Below, piece after piece: positions 25,270-37,894 of a stretch of 64,000 bases of DNA; the stretch's first letter is position 1, and each line of letters begins with the position of its first letter. This DNA is from Podarcis filfolensis. Taxonomy: Eukaryota. A program made the translations under genes and the position numbers. The stretch lies in NCBI GenBank assembly GCA_964270895.1, contig OZ185437.1. One strand, written 5' to 3'. A model generated the notes under the pieces. That model ran no database searches. It was given only the letters and a program-made list of their open reading frames with translations, and had not been told where the DNA came from.

Positions 25270-25570
25270 AGTAGGGCTGGGGAACCTCAGGCCCAGTGGC
25301 CAAATGCAGCACTCCAGGACTCTATCTGGCCCTTGGGACTATCTGGCCCAAGGTCACACATCCTTCTGAATCATAGCCCTCTCCTCAGGCCACACCCCTC
25401 ATCAGCCCTACTTCCTACCCTCCCTGAGTGGTTTTGCTTGGCTAGAAATTAGATAATGCCTATTGTTTGGGTGGAAGTAGGAGAGGAGTGTGTGCAGGAA
25501 CTAGCTTGCCATACACAGGTTAGAGCTCTATTTGTCGCTCTGCCCACCAGTGGTATGTGGCCCCTCTCAA
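25270..25570. mobile_element. Degenerate hAT-like MITE abutting the Helitron-like copy
   Basis: agggctggggaacctcaggccc left end; atgtggcccc near the right junction; right TIR not seen. Confidence 0.4.
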
Positions 25571-26297
25571 GATATTGTCACCAAACTTGGCACAAGGGTT
25601 TCTGAGGTTGGGCGGTGCTCTTTGTTTGGATGCCAGCTGCCATTTTTAATCAAAATGGCCGACTGAAATGTGACTTTGGAATGATTGCACTGGGTTTTTT
25701 TTTTGTATAGGTTTGGCTGCTTCCCAATATATTTTCACCAAACATGAAAAGAGGGTTTCTGAGGTGTAGGTGGCAGACTTTGTCACCGTTGGGATGCCAG
25801 CTGCCACTGTGAATCCAGTTAGCAAACCAAAACATGACTTTGTCATGGCTTCACCTGGTTTTTTGCATAGGTTCAGTTGTGTCTTGATATATTGTCACCA
25901 AAGTTGGCATGAAAGTTCCTGAGAGGTGAGTGGTGGACTTTGTCACCATTTGGATGCTGGGAGCCATTTTGAATCAAGATGGCAGACCAGAATATGACCT
26001 TGACATGATGTTGCCAATTTTTTATTTTTTGGGGGGCATAGGTTTAGCTGTCTCTCAATATATTGTTGCTAAACTTGGTACAGGGGTTCCCGAGGTGGCA
26101 GCAAAAGTCTTCCTTGATGTTTGGATGCCAGGCACAATTTTGAATCAAGATGGTGGGCCAAAAGGTCACTTTGGATTGACTTCACTTGATTTTTGGCATG
26201 ACAGGTTCAAATTCACAAATTGTACTATCCATTTAAAAATCACAATGTCTTTTGGTTTTTAAAAATACCTGGGCAGTGTGAAGCACTCCCCCGCTAG
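25571..26297 (+). mobile_element. Helitron-like element, 5'-truncated, four internal ~155-170-bp units
   Basis: Units start near 25573, 25728, 25887, 26058 (atattgtcaccaaacttggc...ttggatgcc...gccattttgaatcaagatgg); 3' end aatacctgggcagtgtgaagcactcccccgCTAG; same family as 1996-2446. Confidence 0.65.
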
Positions 26298-26438
26298 AAC
26301 TAACATAAATTAAAAATGGGCAAGCCACCAGTTCCTTATGTTCTCCTACACAGACAACCTAAAAAAATTGTCACAGGAGTTTTTGCTCAGGAATTCAGTT
26401 TTGTGAGTTATGGAAGCATATATTTAAAGGAAACCATT

Positions 26439-27013
26439 TCAGCTTGGACTACTGCAATGCACTCTACATAGGGCTACCTTTGAAGGTGACCTGGAAACTA
26501 CAATAATCCAGAATGCGGCAGCTAGACTGGTGACTGGGAGTGGCCATCAAGACCATATAACACCGGTCCTGAAAGACCTACATTGGTTCCCAGTACATTT
26601 CTGAGCACAATTCAAAGTGTTGGTGCTGATCTTTAAAGCCCTAAACAGCCTCGGCCCAGTATACCTAAAGGAGCATCTCCATCCCATCGTTCAGCCTGGA
26701 CATGGAGGTCCAGCTCCAAGGGCCTTCTGGCGGTTCCTTCCCTGCGATAAGTGAGGTTACAGGGAACCCGGCAGAGGGCCTTCTTGGTAGTGGCGCCCAC
26801 CCTGTGGAACGCCCTCCCATCAGATGTCAAGGAAATAAACAACTATCTGACTTTTAGAAGACATCTGAAAGCAGCCCTGTTTAGGGAAGTTTTCAATGTT
26901 TGATGTTTTATCAGATTTTTGATATTCTGTTGGGAGCCGCCCAGAGTGGCTGGGGAAACCTAGCCAGATGAATGCGGTATAAATAATAATTTATTATTAC
27001 TATATTATTATTA
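26439..27013 (+). mobile_element. L2 LINE, 5'-truncated 3' end of ORF2 plus 3'UTR
   Basis: Translates as LDYCNALYIGLPLKVT..IQNAAARLVTG...DHITPVLKDLHW...FKVLVLIFKALN...APTLWNALP with a frameshift and an in-frame TGA; ATT-rich tail. Confidence 0.9.
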
Positions 27014-29785
27014 TAGGAAGCTGCCTTGTACCAAGTCAGATCTTTGGTCTAGCTAGCTCAGTGCAATCTACACTGACAGGCAGTGGCTCTCCAGGATTGC
27101 AGAAGGCTTTCCCAACCCTTCAAACTTCAGATACCAGGGAATAAACGTGGGACTTTCTTCATGAAAAGCATTTGTTCTGCCACTGAGCTAAGGTCCTTCT
27201 CCATGTTTATCAAGGTGCTTTTATACACATGCAGTTAAGCCACATATAAGATGATACAGCTGATACACAAATAATTCTGTGCCACTTGGCACTTCTATGA
27301 CTAAATCAATTTTCTGTAGGCCACTGTTGAACAGTTCCCTAGTCTTTAGCATACCAGAATGCAATCCAAGTTGGCTTAATCCATGCTAAACCAGAGAACC
27401 TTTTGAAAATGCTAGAGAAGAAAGGCTATTTTCTTGGACTGTGTTTTTTCTGTAAAGTAAAAAGAAGCATTTAAAATTATAGATGCAATAACCCAATATG
27501 CCATTGCTAAATTTTATTGAGTGGATGAATCAAAATAATTTTATTTGTAATTAACTTTTGTTCAGGTGTTTCATTTTCTATTACCGTTTTGAGATGATGA
27601 ATGGCTCCTAGCTTATTTTAACATCTAGATTTTTATTTTATCATAATAGTGACCTCTAGTGTATAGTTTGCAGTGTGTATGCTATGGCATTCTAAAATGA
27701 TGGAGAATTTTGTTTCATGCAAAAGCTGAAGGTCTTGAGTGCAGCTTAACTGTGCATTCTTAGTTTTTACAGGGATGAAGAAAACAAATTACACCCCAAA
27801 GAAAACCCAGAACAAAGTACACCTAGCAAATCTCCATGCCACCCCCCCAAAATCTGGATTTTACACATTTAGGACACCAGAAATGTTAATCTATTTTCAA
27901 ATGCCGACAACGTCTTGCTAGAAAGCATCTAGTATTAATGGTGTAATTTTCCCCCCAACACTAGATTAGCTTCATCATTATTATTCTGCATATTCAAAAT
28001 GGATAGGCATCATTACCCAAATTATATGTCTTAAAAAGGGTCTTTCACTGTAGGGCAAACTAGAAAAGAACATTTAAATGGAAAGCAATTTTCTCTCTTT
28101 GCTGTGTTCTGTATTCCCTTAAGTGGTGTTGAAGTAAAAGCTTTCCTTGTGCTCTACACTAATTTTCTTTTTTTCTCCTTTAGTCCAACTGTGAAATCAT
28201 AAAACTTCATGTTTATGCCAATGATTTGTCACCATGGATACATCATGATGTCATGCATTTATTCACAGGATATGGCCTCCCTTGCTGCAAAACTCATGGG
28301 AATAGATATGCTAGGAATGAGGCCTTTTTGAACCAGAAATGTCTATTGAAACATTTTGCTGTTAGCCTTTTTGGTTCTCAATTAATAACAGAATCTCTGA
28401 TATGAACTCCAAGACCAACCATGATGCCTTTTAAATTACCCTGAATGTGATTTTGCATGTCAGCTATCTTTCACTTGAAACTCTCTTTTATAGATTTCCC
28501 ATCCCACTTAATAATATATTATTATAGTTTTGGCAGTCACACTGCCATCCTTTTGCATAATTTCGTTCTGACATTATGATGCAAATTTTATCCCAGCCCC
28601 AAAACAGCAGTTTAGTTGTAGCCAGAAAAGCTTTGAAACTGCTATTCAGCCAATTTGCACCAAGATGTCTTTCAGAAGCAAAAGTGTTGTATGGCTTCAT
28701 TTAAGAAAAGCCACAACACTACAAAATCTTATTTTTTTTTAAATGATTCTTTTATTGAGCATTTTCTCTTTTGTTTTCTTTAATATACAAAAGAGCAACA
28801 ATATTGAAATTTTAGAAACCCTGCAACTGAGAGCATTGTTTACAGTTCAAAAATTGATGCAGAGAGACGAAAGGTAAGACAAAAAGAGCTAATGGACTGG
28901 ATTAGGTGAACAGAGATTCAATCCAGACAAGACAGCTGTACTGTTGATAGGTGATTCATTTACTTGGATGAGTGGTGCTCAACCCATTCTGTAAGGAGTT
29001 GCACCCATCCCTAAAGAATAAAGATTGCCATGTGAGTTGCTTATTGATCCAACATTGTCATTAGAGGCTCAAGCAGTCTCTGTGACTGAAAATGTCTTTT
29101 AATAACCCAACTGTGACAATACTTGTATAGAGATAGCTGGCCACAATTACATGTGCCCTGCCAACCTGTGTCTATTGTCATTGGTCCAAGGTAGGGCTAA
29201 CCTATGTCCCTTGTCATTGGTCCAAAGTAGGTCTACATTTTTGCATTCCTTTCCACCCCTCATTACACCTTTTTGCAGTCATTGTATCCATTTACTTTTT
29301 GCTCTGTCCATGACAAATATATAAGAACTTTGCAGAGCTCCTGTGGAAATCTGCTGGCCCTATATTATATTGGAAGCTATTCTATATCTTAAGAGAAAAT
29401 GTGTTTGATTGCAGACTTTCTGATTTTTCACTGTCTACGCTCAAAACTTTTTCTGTTGTTTATCTGCCTTGAATTATTGTGTTTCCAAAATAAATGCAGT
29501 GTTATTACTGAGGCCCTCTGACAGGGTAACACTAACGTAAAATGACTTGCTTGCATATTATTACTTTTCACTGGACAATTCTTGCCTTGGTATATGACAC
29601 AGACAGTGACAGGGACATGATGATTGTTTACGCTGAATTTTTAAAAAATCTCTAGGCTCACAGCTTCCCCACAATTTATATTTTCCTCCCTTGCCTATAT
29701 TTGCTTTTATTTAATAATCTCATTCATGCTGTTTATCATGATGAATCTGAATTTTGAGGAAAAAAGTAGGAAAAGTTTTTCTATA

Positions 29786-30027
29786 CAGTGGTACCTCAGG
29801 TTAAGTACTTAATTTGTTCTGGAGGTCCGTACATAACCTGAAACTGTTCTTAACCTGAAGCACCACTTTAGCTGATGGGGCCTCCTGCTGCTTCTGCGCC
29901 GCCGGAGCCTGATTTCTGTTTTTATCCTGAAGCAAAGTTCTTAACCTGAAGCACTATTTCTGGCTTAGTGGAGTGTGTAACCTGAAGCGTATGTAACCTG
30001 AAGCGTATGTAACCCGAGGTACCACTG
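29786..30027 (+). mobile_element. Tigger/pogo-like MITE, copy B, full length 242 bp
   Basis: TA|CAGTGGTACCTC...GAGGTACCACTG|TA. Confidence 0.95.
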
Positions 30028-30532
30028 TATTTAAAGCAAGGGTACTCCCTTTGTAGGCCAGAACAAGAGGCTGTGTTTTTATGAACAGGCTATCACATTA
30101 CAGTACAACATAGATAAAACGAAAGTAACCACAAGAACAAGCTGAAGGGTGCAGTTTTAGTTCCAACCCATAACGACTTTAGATAGTATTTAACTATGGT
30201 GACCAACCACTACAAAAGGTTAATGTAACTTAATGCGGTGGGAATTTAAGCAATTTTTTTGCTGATATTTTATGTTTTATCACTGATAGATTTCAAATGT
30301 AAGAGTCACCAGTGTTGTAAGTGACACATAGCCATTTGCCAGCTGGAAAATCCCAAGAACAGCAGGGAAAAAATTCCAAGGAGCTCAGCACATTTGGACT
30401 GATTCTTAGAGTACGAGTGGAGGCACAACAAAACACAGGTAAGAATTAGACTTACTCTGTCAAAATGACGGTGGTGAAGAAATTGTAATTGTATTGTAGG
30501 GTGCCTCCGGGTTCCAGCTTGTCCCATGTGGT

Positions 30533-30644
30533 GATAGAGTTGGCTCAGTCAGTAGAGCATGAGCCTCTTGATTTCAGCATCGTGGGTTCGAGCCCCATGT
30601 TGGGCCAAACCTCGTTGTCCCTTCCAACTCTATGGTTCTTTGAT
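30533..30644 (+). mobile_element. tRNA-Lys(CTT)-derived SINE with CR1-type tail
   Basis: ggctcagtcagtagagcatgagcCTCTTGAtttcagcatcgtgggttcgagccccatgttgggc followed by gtcccttccaactctatggttct. Confidence 0.85.
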
Positions 30645-31157
30645 ATGAGGGAAAGTAATTCAGATTACTAAATTCCAGATACTAAAATTTAAAGTTGCAT
30701 GATTGCTTTAGTTGTCCAGATGGGGCCTATGTAATGTATAAAATGCTGCCATTCCCTCTCTTGTGAAGCAGATGAAAAGTGGCCCCATTTTTATAACTAC
30801 AGTAGTAAGTCATATGATATTCCACGCAACTGTTTTCAGGTTATGCACAAGTAAGTGCTATACTGACCTTCTCCTGGTGGAACATCTTCCCACAAGGAAG
30901 ATGGATGCCGGAAAACCAAAGCGGAGGCTTTTGGCTATTGAAACATGTTGCTCAGAAAGAAGATGCAAGATGGAAGCCTTGTTGAAATCCCAGAGGGAAT
31001 GACTGGAGGGAGATGAAAGGCAGCAGCAGGACTGCCTTCATTGGCATGGTTGGGAGGGGTCAACTGCTCTTTGGCTCCTCCCTTCCATGGACCACAGAGA
31101 GAATCAGCAGCAAGGCCTCCAACACCAGCATCAGAGGAAGAAGCAAGGCAGCAAGAC

Positions 31158-31862
31158 TGTGGTTACCAGATTTTTTTCAAGGAATCCGGGGACACTTTTT
31201 TTGAGGGGGGGGGGATTTCATGCTTTATTTTAGGAAAGGGTTGTTCAGAGTTCTTGACCTTTTTTTAGGGGGGGACCCCAAAGTTGTCAGTCGTGCACCT
31301 TGACACAAGGCAGGCGGAGAAGCCCATCTACAACACACAAACACCAAACAAAGAGGTTGGTGGGTGGGGCGGGGGAGAGATGGAGTAAAGGCACTCACTG
31401 GTCTTGGGCAAACACACATTAAAACACACACACAAGGCACCAGCTTCCCATAAACTGGAGACTGCTGGAGGGTGAGTGCAGACTCTATGGAGATTTAACT
31501 GGCGTGGTGGTGTCTTGTTACCAGAGGTGGACAAACAGCAGACTCGCACACAGCCCTCCTCACAAGAGAGGCTGCTGGTGCCGGAGGCGGCGCGGAGGGA
31601 GGGAGGCTTCGTCTCCCGAGAATGTTTCAAACCCCACCCCCCGCGCCCCAGTGGCGGACTGGCTGGCTGGAACTTTGACATGGCCGGGACCTCCGGTGCT
31701 GCTCGCTGCCATGGTGTCCACCATGTTGCCTCCCTGGAAGTCCCCAGGCATGAATCTGGGGACATTAAAATCCGGTGACATTCCGGGGACAGATTTTGTC
31801 CATGGGACAGAATGGTGAATCCGGGGACTGTCCCCGGGAACCGGGGACATCTGGTAACCCTA
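31158..31862. mobile_element. Non-autonomous hAT element, 705 bp
   Basis: TIRs tgtGGTTACCAGA / TCTGGTAACCcta; 8-bp TSD AGCAAGAC / AACAAGAC; repeated subterminal atccggggac motifs. Confidence 0.85.
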
Positions 31863-34537
31863 AACAAGACCCCCACTCCACTGACCTTCCTGGGACCAAC
31901 TGCCATTTGCATCCTCCTTTGCGTTGGTAGTAGAAGGAGAAAGCACAGATCAAAATTTTATGTGACGTTTGTTTTGTAAACCGTCTTGAGGGCTTTTAAA
32001 ATCTAAAGGCCAGGCAAAAGTACCCCTTACATCCCCAAATGCCTCCATAATCTCATTAGCCAATTCGTCTTGGGCAAGAGTTGCGGCAGATTTGGGGTTT
32101 TGTCTCATAACTTCAACAGCTTTCTACATCCAGGGAATATTTCAAAGGATAACCCACAGGCAGTAACCCTATGTCCATTCTGAATTGTTAAGCCTACCCC
32201 CCCACAGCCCCTCCCATTTCAACAGATGAAACTAAGGGAATGCTTTTATGCTCAGCTTCCAGCTGGCATTTCCATGGAAACAGAGAACTTGATTATCCAT
32301 TCACTCAGATGAGTTAAAAAATGAATAGCATTCCTATCATAGTAGTCAACGGATGTACATCTTTGGAAAACTGAAGCAAAAAGAGATTCAAGCCTATTTC
32401 TCTTTTTTTGTAGACTTTCACAGAGCACACACCTCATATAAGAGCTGTGTTCAAGTCATTGACACCAGTTTGGTTAAAAACGAAGGATGTGGTCATTTTT
32501 TATATTTTTTAATGTATTTTTATTGACGATATTAAGTGTCTTTGTGTGCACATCACAATATAGCAATTGATGACGTGCTAAAGCTCTGGGAGCTAGAATC
32601 TCCACTGCCTTATGCCATCAGCAGTTAGAGTTTGTAACCAGGGACAGCAAAGATTATCTTTGATAATTACAAGTTGTCTGATGTAGTCCTGATGATACTG
32701 TCCAATACCAGCCTACTTGTTTCAGCTATTGGAATTTGCTGCTCTTGTTAAGTGTGATGGGCACAGGTTGTGTACTACTAGATATTATTCCAATAATAAT
32801 AATATATAATTTATATCCCACCCATCTGACTGGGTTTCTCCTGTAACTATTCTCCTGTTGAGGTTTTGTATTTTCATTGCTTTCTCAGAGGAGCAAAGAC
32901 AAACCTCTTGTCACCTTCTAAAGAAAATAGTTATATGGTTTTGATATCTTATTGTTGTGGCTGTTATAGTAGAAAGAGTTAAACTTCAATGGCTTCAGAT
33001 GATGTCATCAAAAAGGGACAGCTTTGTTTGGAGGTAGGTTGGTTGCAGTAATGCTCTTGAACAAATTAGATCTGTCTCAGCTCTCCTGTGTTGTATCCAT
33101 GCACTGTGTACACATGTACGTTTATGCTGCACCATCTATACGTGAGCACCTTCAGTTTTATGCATCTGAAGTCTATCTCATTGCTTCCGGTTCGCATTAG
33201 TGGGTGCTTCTTGCACTGTGTGTTTTCCTTGCTGCTCAGTACTTCCTGACTCTCTGAGTTCACATGAAGCCTGTTTATCTATCTGTGCACACTTTTAATT
33301 TTTAAATTGTTTGTGGCCCTGCTTTGTTTTGGCAATTTGCAGATCTGAGTAACTGAAAATTGGTCACATCTCTTTAAGCTAAATAATCATTGCCAGGAAG
33401 ATGTCTCTCTCCCTCCCATTCAAGCATGCCTGTGTGGCTCTTAATGCAGCTGTTTTGTGCTAAAACAATTCTGCAAAAAATAAATAAATCTGTTTATATT
33501 TTTTCACAGCATTGTTTCCGTTGGACAGATGGAATAAAATGGGAGTACGGTGTGTGGTGATAGCACCCCAAAAATGTCAACACACCCACACAATAACGGT
33601 ATTTAAGAGCATCCACACGTGGCTAATGTAATTTTACATTGGATATACTTCCTTGCTGGATTATCCCTGGATCAGGAAAATCCAAATTTAATGGAGGGAA
33701 AGTGCAGGCTGCCAGGTAGGTGAGAATGATACTATGTGGGTGAAACAAAGAGAGGCATAAGCAGCTTCAAATCCACATTGAACTCCCTTGTCGATGAGCC
33801 CTTAATAATATTGCAGTGATGAGAATTTTGTGCCCCTAAACAGTCAGCTACCACTCTGTTGTCAACTGGAACTCCTCCATCTTGAGGCAGCCAGCTCCAG
33901 CTAATTTAGGGCATCTTAAATGTAGCAATCAGCAGCTTGCTTCAGCTAGAGAGCAATGAGCCAATGTAGCTGCTGCGGAGAACACTGGAAGCAGAAGCCT
34001 GCAGGGCACTTTATGGTTCAGTTCAGCTTTAAGCTCTTGGGAAAGAGATTAGCCTGAGGAAACTCTCGGCTATGTTTTGAAGAGCAGAAATGACTCTCTG
34101 GGGGGTACACTGGAAGGAGAGAGGAGGGAGGAATCTATGAAAGTGATTTGTTTTTTCTGACATTTGTTGACAAATATTTTGCTGCACTGACACCTTTAAA
34201 TAGGGGTGTCTGAATCATCTTTCACAAGCCTTCCTTAAGCAGCTGCTTTCCTGAAGTCTGTAACAAAGCTAAAATTAGCAAAGGGGGCTGTTTTAGGCCT
34301 TGTTCAGTCCAGGCACAGAGTGTGCTATTTAGGGGTTCTTGATCAAAATATTCCACAACTTATCAGTGCAAACAACTATTTATGATTTGGGCTCCTCTTC
34401 ACTCTCCTTCCAACCTCTATTGCCCTGCCCCTAAATTAATAACTTCCCAAATATCTCCCAAAAGTTCTTTGGTATTTTTGTATCAGTGACAGCCATTTCA
34501 ACCAAATGTTCCAATTCCATCTTGTTTTCTCCTCCAG

Positions 34538-34780
34538 TGGCTTCAAGTTACAAGAAATGAGATTCCAGCTAAACTTCAGGAAGAATTGTCAGACAGTAAG
34601 AGCTGTTCGACAGACTCCCACAAGAGGTGGTGGATTCTCTTTCCTTGGAGATTTTTAAGCAAAGGTTGAATGGCCATCTGCCATGTATGATCTAGTTGAG
34701 ATTCCTGTATTGCAGGGAGTTGGACAAGACTAGACAATCCATGGGGTCCCTTCCAGCTCTACAATTCTAGGATTCTATGG
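34538..34780 (+). mobile_element. CR1 LINE 3' end
   Basis: ggcttcaagttacaagaaa...gaggtggtggattctc...ggggtcccttccagctctacaattctaggattct. Confidence 0.85.
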
Positions 34781-35282
34781 TTTGTAGACAATCCTCATCC
34801 TACCAGTCTACTTGTTCCCTAGCTTTAATCCTGATCTCAAAGCTGCCATACCCAATATGGACACCCCCACATCTCTTACATCTTCAGACAGACACAACCT
34901 ACCCCTGAGCAGTGCCTCACGATTTGCTAGATTGAAATTTGAAAAAAAAGAAGAAGCCAGGGAACAATCTCATGCTTTGCATTAAAAAATAATGCTCTGA
35001 AATAAGGGGAAATATTTTAAAATATATTCCTAAAAGTAATGAGCAGGCACAACTAGCCTAATTTGGAGAATAAGCCTCAGGAAAAAGAGTTATTTGAAAG
35101 ATTCAGGATGAAGCTAGTTTTTTTGTGAGGGATTCCAAACATGAATATGTGTGTCTTTGTGAGTGTGCTGAGGAGAGAAGGTTTGCAGAGGAGAGACAGA
35201 GGAGACTTTGTGCATGGTGTTGGCTCTGACACAGCTCAGCCTGTTCACTCTCTCTGTTTTTCATTTCTGCCTTCACAGGAAC

Positions 35283-35333
35283 ATGCAGTGGCTCCTCATC
35301 CCCACCATCCTTATAATCACTTATGCTCAACAG
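35283..35333 (+). CDS. CCN6: CCN6 coding exon 1 (signal peptide)
   Basis: MQWLLIPTILIITYAQQ then CAG|GTAAGT, phase 0; in-frame upstream ATG at 35214. Confidence 0.85.
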
Positions 35334-36851
35334 GTAAGTTTTCTAGAAAAAAAATCCTCGCCAGAACAAAGGCTGAAACTTTTGTTTTGCTTCTTAAGCA
35401 AGTGAAATTAACTTAAGGGAATAAATTGTTTGTGCATAATATTGAGTTGTTCCTACTTGTGGGTGATTCTTTTTTCTTTTTACATAATTTGCAATTCTAA
35501 CACAAGGCACTTGATTGGATTATTATGGCATTATGCTTTTATAAAATTCTTAGAGCGTTTTTTTGGGGAGTCTCTAGAAATTTTTATAAATTGTTTTCTG
35601 CTACTATGTTTAAAGCAAGCATATCCCCCCTGTTTAGGTCCCTGTTGTCTTTCATGGTACAGTCTGCTTGAGTTACAAATAAATTTGCTTTTAGAAAACA
35701 GCTTTAATTTTATTAACTAAATCTAGTCATTTTTCATCGACCAATACAAATGACCCAAATTACATGGAAATGGGATTTCTAGAGTACACAAGCAGTTTCT
35801 TCCTCGTCCCCATTTCTGTATCTAGTTATTTTCCATAGTTTTATCTTTCTTCCTAGCCATAAAGTCTTTTAGGACTGATTATCTCCTTTCCACCTAGTTA
35901 AAAAAATAACATTGCAAGGTTACTATTGATTCCTATCACAAGTATTTTGTTCAATAGTACCTTTGCTGCAAGAAATTGCTGCACAATTTTCAGTTCTGCA
36001 CTCCACTGTTTTTACTTGGTGGGAAATGGTTAATCGGTCCTAAAAGGCTTTATGGATAGAAAGAAAGATAAAACTGTGGAAATCAACTTGATACTGAAAA
36101 GGGGGATTTTAAAAAAACTTGCCTTGTGTTTTGATATACTCTGTTTTATAATGTTTATTATCATTCTGATATTTTGCATTAATTGCTTTTATGTTTATGT
36201 TAGCTGCTTTGGGATTCTCTTGGGAAGGAAAGGCAGGTTATAAGTAATCAGTGAAATAAGGATAGCAAAACTGTTCAATATTAGCTGTACACTTTTTCCA
36301 GGACGGTTAACAGATAATTTTAGAGTAGAGCAGAACTAGTTTTTCTAAAGATTACAGAAGTTTGCACTTGGGGGAGTAGAGTGGGGAAAACTAATATTTC
36401 TGTGTATGGAGCATGGTCCCCTGAAAGATTCCTGCAGCTTGTTTTGTAGGAGCGCCAATCTGCTGAATATGCATGTACGCATGTGCTGTTATTAAAAGAA
36501 ATCCTTTGCTGGCAGGCCTTCATTTTCTTTCCTCTCACTGGATATTATTGAGGCTCTTCCAGCTATGTGCCCACTGCCCAGTTCTCAAATATTTGACTTG
36601 TGTGCTGTAGGCACTGCCATTGGACGCAAGAATTTACAGATGCTCCCTTGCGCCTCCAGAATAGCATATCCTGAGTAAGTTGCTCAAGCTCCTGAGTAAC
36701 GTAAAGTACACAAATAGTGTCATCGGTTAGTGACATGGTGCTGCACCTGTGAACGTTTGCACAGGAAAGGAAAGAAAAGTTATGAACACCATTTCCAGCC
36801 TCCTCTCCCCAATGGTAATAGCAAGCTCAGGGCCCCTGGGCTGGATTAGGA

Positions 36852-36984
36852 TAAGGTTACCAGATTTTTTTCAATGAATCCGGGGATACTTTTCAACTTC
36901 CTACTAAACAGATGGATTTTGTGAGGGAACTGATTTGTAAATCCGGGGACTGTCCCCAGGAAACGGGGACATCTGGTAACTTTA
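36852..36984. mobile_element. Short hAT MITE, 133 bp, in CCN6 intron 1
   Basis: TIRs TAAGGTTACCAGA / TCTGGTAACTTTA; perfect 8-bp TSD GATTAGGA; termini shared with 31158-31862. Confidence 0.92.
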
Positions 36985-37894
36985 GATTAGGACCACAGTG
37001 GGGACACACAAAGAAAGGGTGAAAGCCCTCTACCCTCATGCCAGGGTCCTGGTGCAAATCAGGGCCTTCCAATGCTTGTTGTTCACTTTTAAGATGTGAT
37101 CTACAATTGCGAACTGTGTGAATAGTTTCAGGTTTAGTTGGTCCTAAACTACACCTGGCAATTGAAGCAGGAAGCTGGCTAAACACTGTTAGCCAAGCCC
37201 CACATCGAAAGCTGTTGTTGTAAGGATACTAAGATTGCCCCATAGCCCTGAGGATATTTATAGTTGTATAGTTTCTGTGTCACTGTACCATCTGGGTACA
37301 GTGCCATTTACTTGACTCGATGGAGATGTGTGTGTGTGCATGTGTACATGGTGTGTATGTAGATACCTCTGACTTTTGCCTAGCTAGAATGTAGACTGCT
37401 GTACAAAGGGAGGCAGTCATACCTGACCAGACTGAATACATGCCCCTGTGTGTCTGGGAGGCTGGGAATCCTCCTGGCCGGGCATTAGATCCAACAGACA
37501 AATGCATTATAGAATTTTCTTTAAAAATGTTTAGGGGTACTGTCATTTTGACTCAAGAAAACCACCCTTTTATAGTTCAAATCGGGGAAAATAAATACAG
37601 TAAATGGCCCAAAATACAAAGATTCACAAAATGTTTAAGGGTATGCGTCCCCTGCATCCCCCCAGAAAAAAGCACTGCATTATACAGTACCAATTAGGAC
37701 AGAGTTAAACAAGATTTTCTTTACAAGGGAAAATATTTTGTTGTTGTATTGTATATAACTGTAGCTTGCCACGATCTCTTGCGAAAGGGGAAATAAATAT
37801 AAATAACAGCAGTGTGTTTGTGTGTATACACACGCACATTTGCCATTTTTGTTGGATGTTTTCCAGCTCTCAGGTAAGTCCACCTATATGAAAG

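Noticed and set aside
30533-30605. Functional tRNA-Lys(CTT) gene
   Set aside because: Acceptor and anticodon stems are mismatched, and it is followed by a CR1 tail rather than an oligo-T terminator; it is a SINE
31328-31912. 194-aa minus-strand ORF
   Set aside because: Lies almost entirely within a non-autonomous hAT and crosses its TIR; no transposase motifs
33730-33810. YVGETKR, a GIY-YIG/Penelope endonuclease-like motif
   Set aside because: Isolated 7-residue match flanked by stops, with no other Penelope similarity
37874-37894. Recursive (zero-length) splicing at CAG|GTAAGT to reach the IGFBP exon
   Set aside because: The remaining 21-nt intron is too short, and recursive splicing to exon 3 would frameshift; only the 7-nt microexon path keeps the frame
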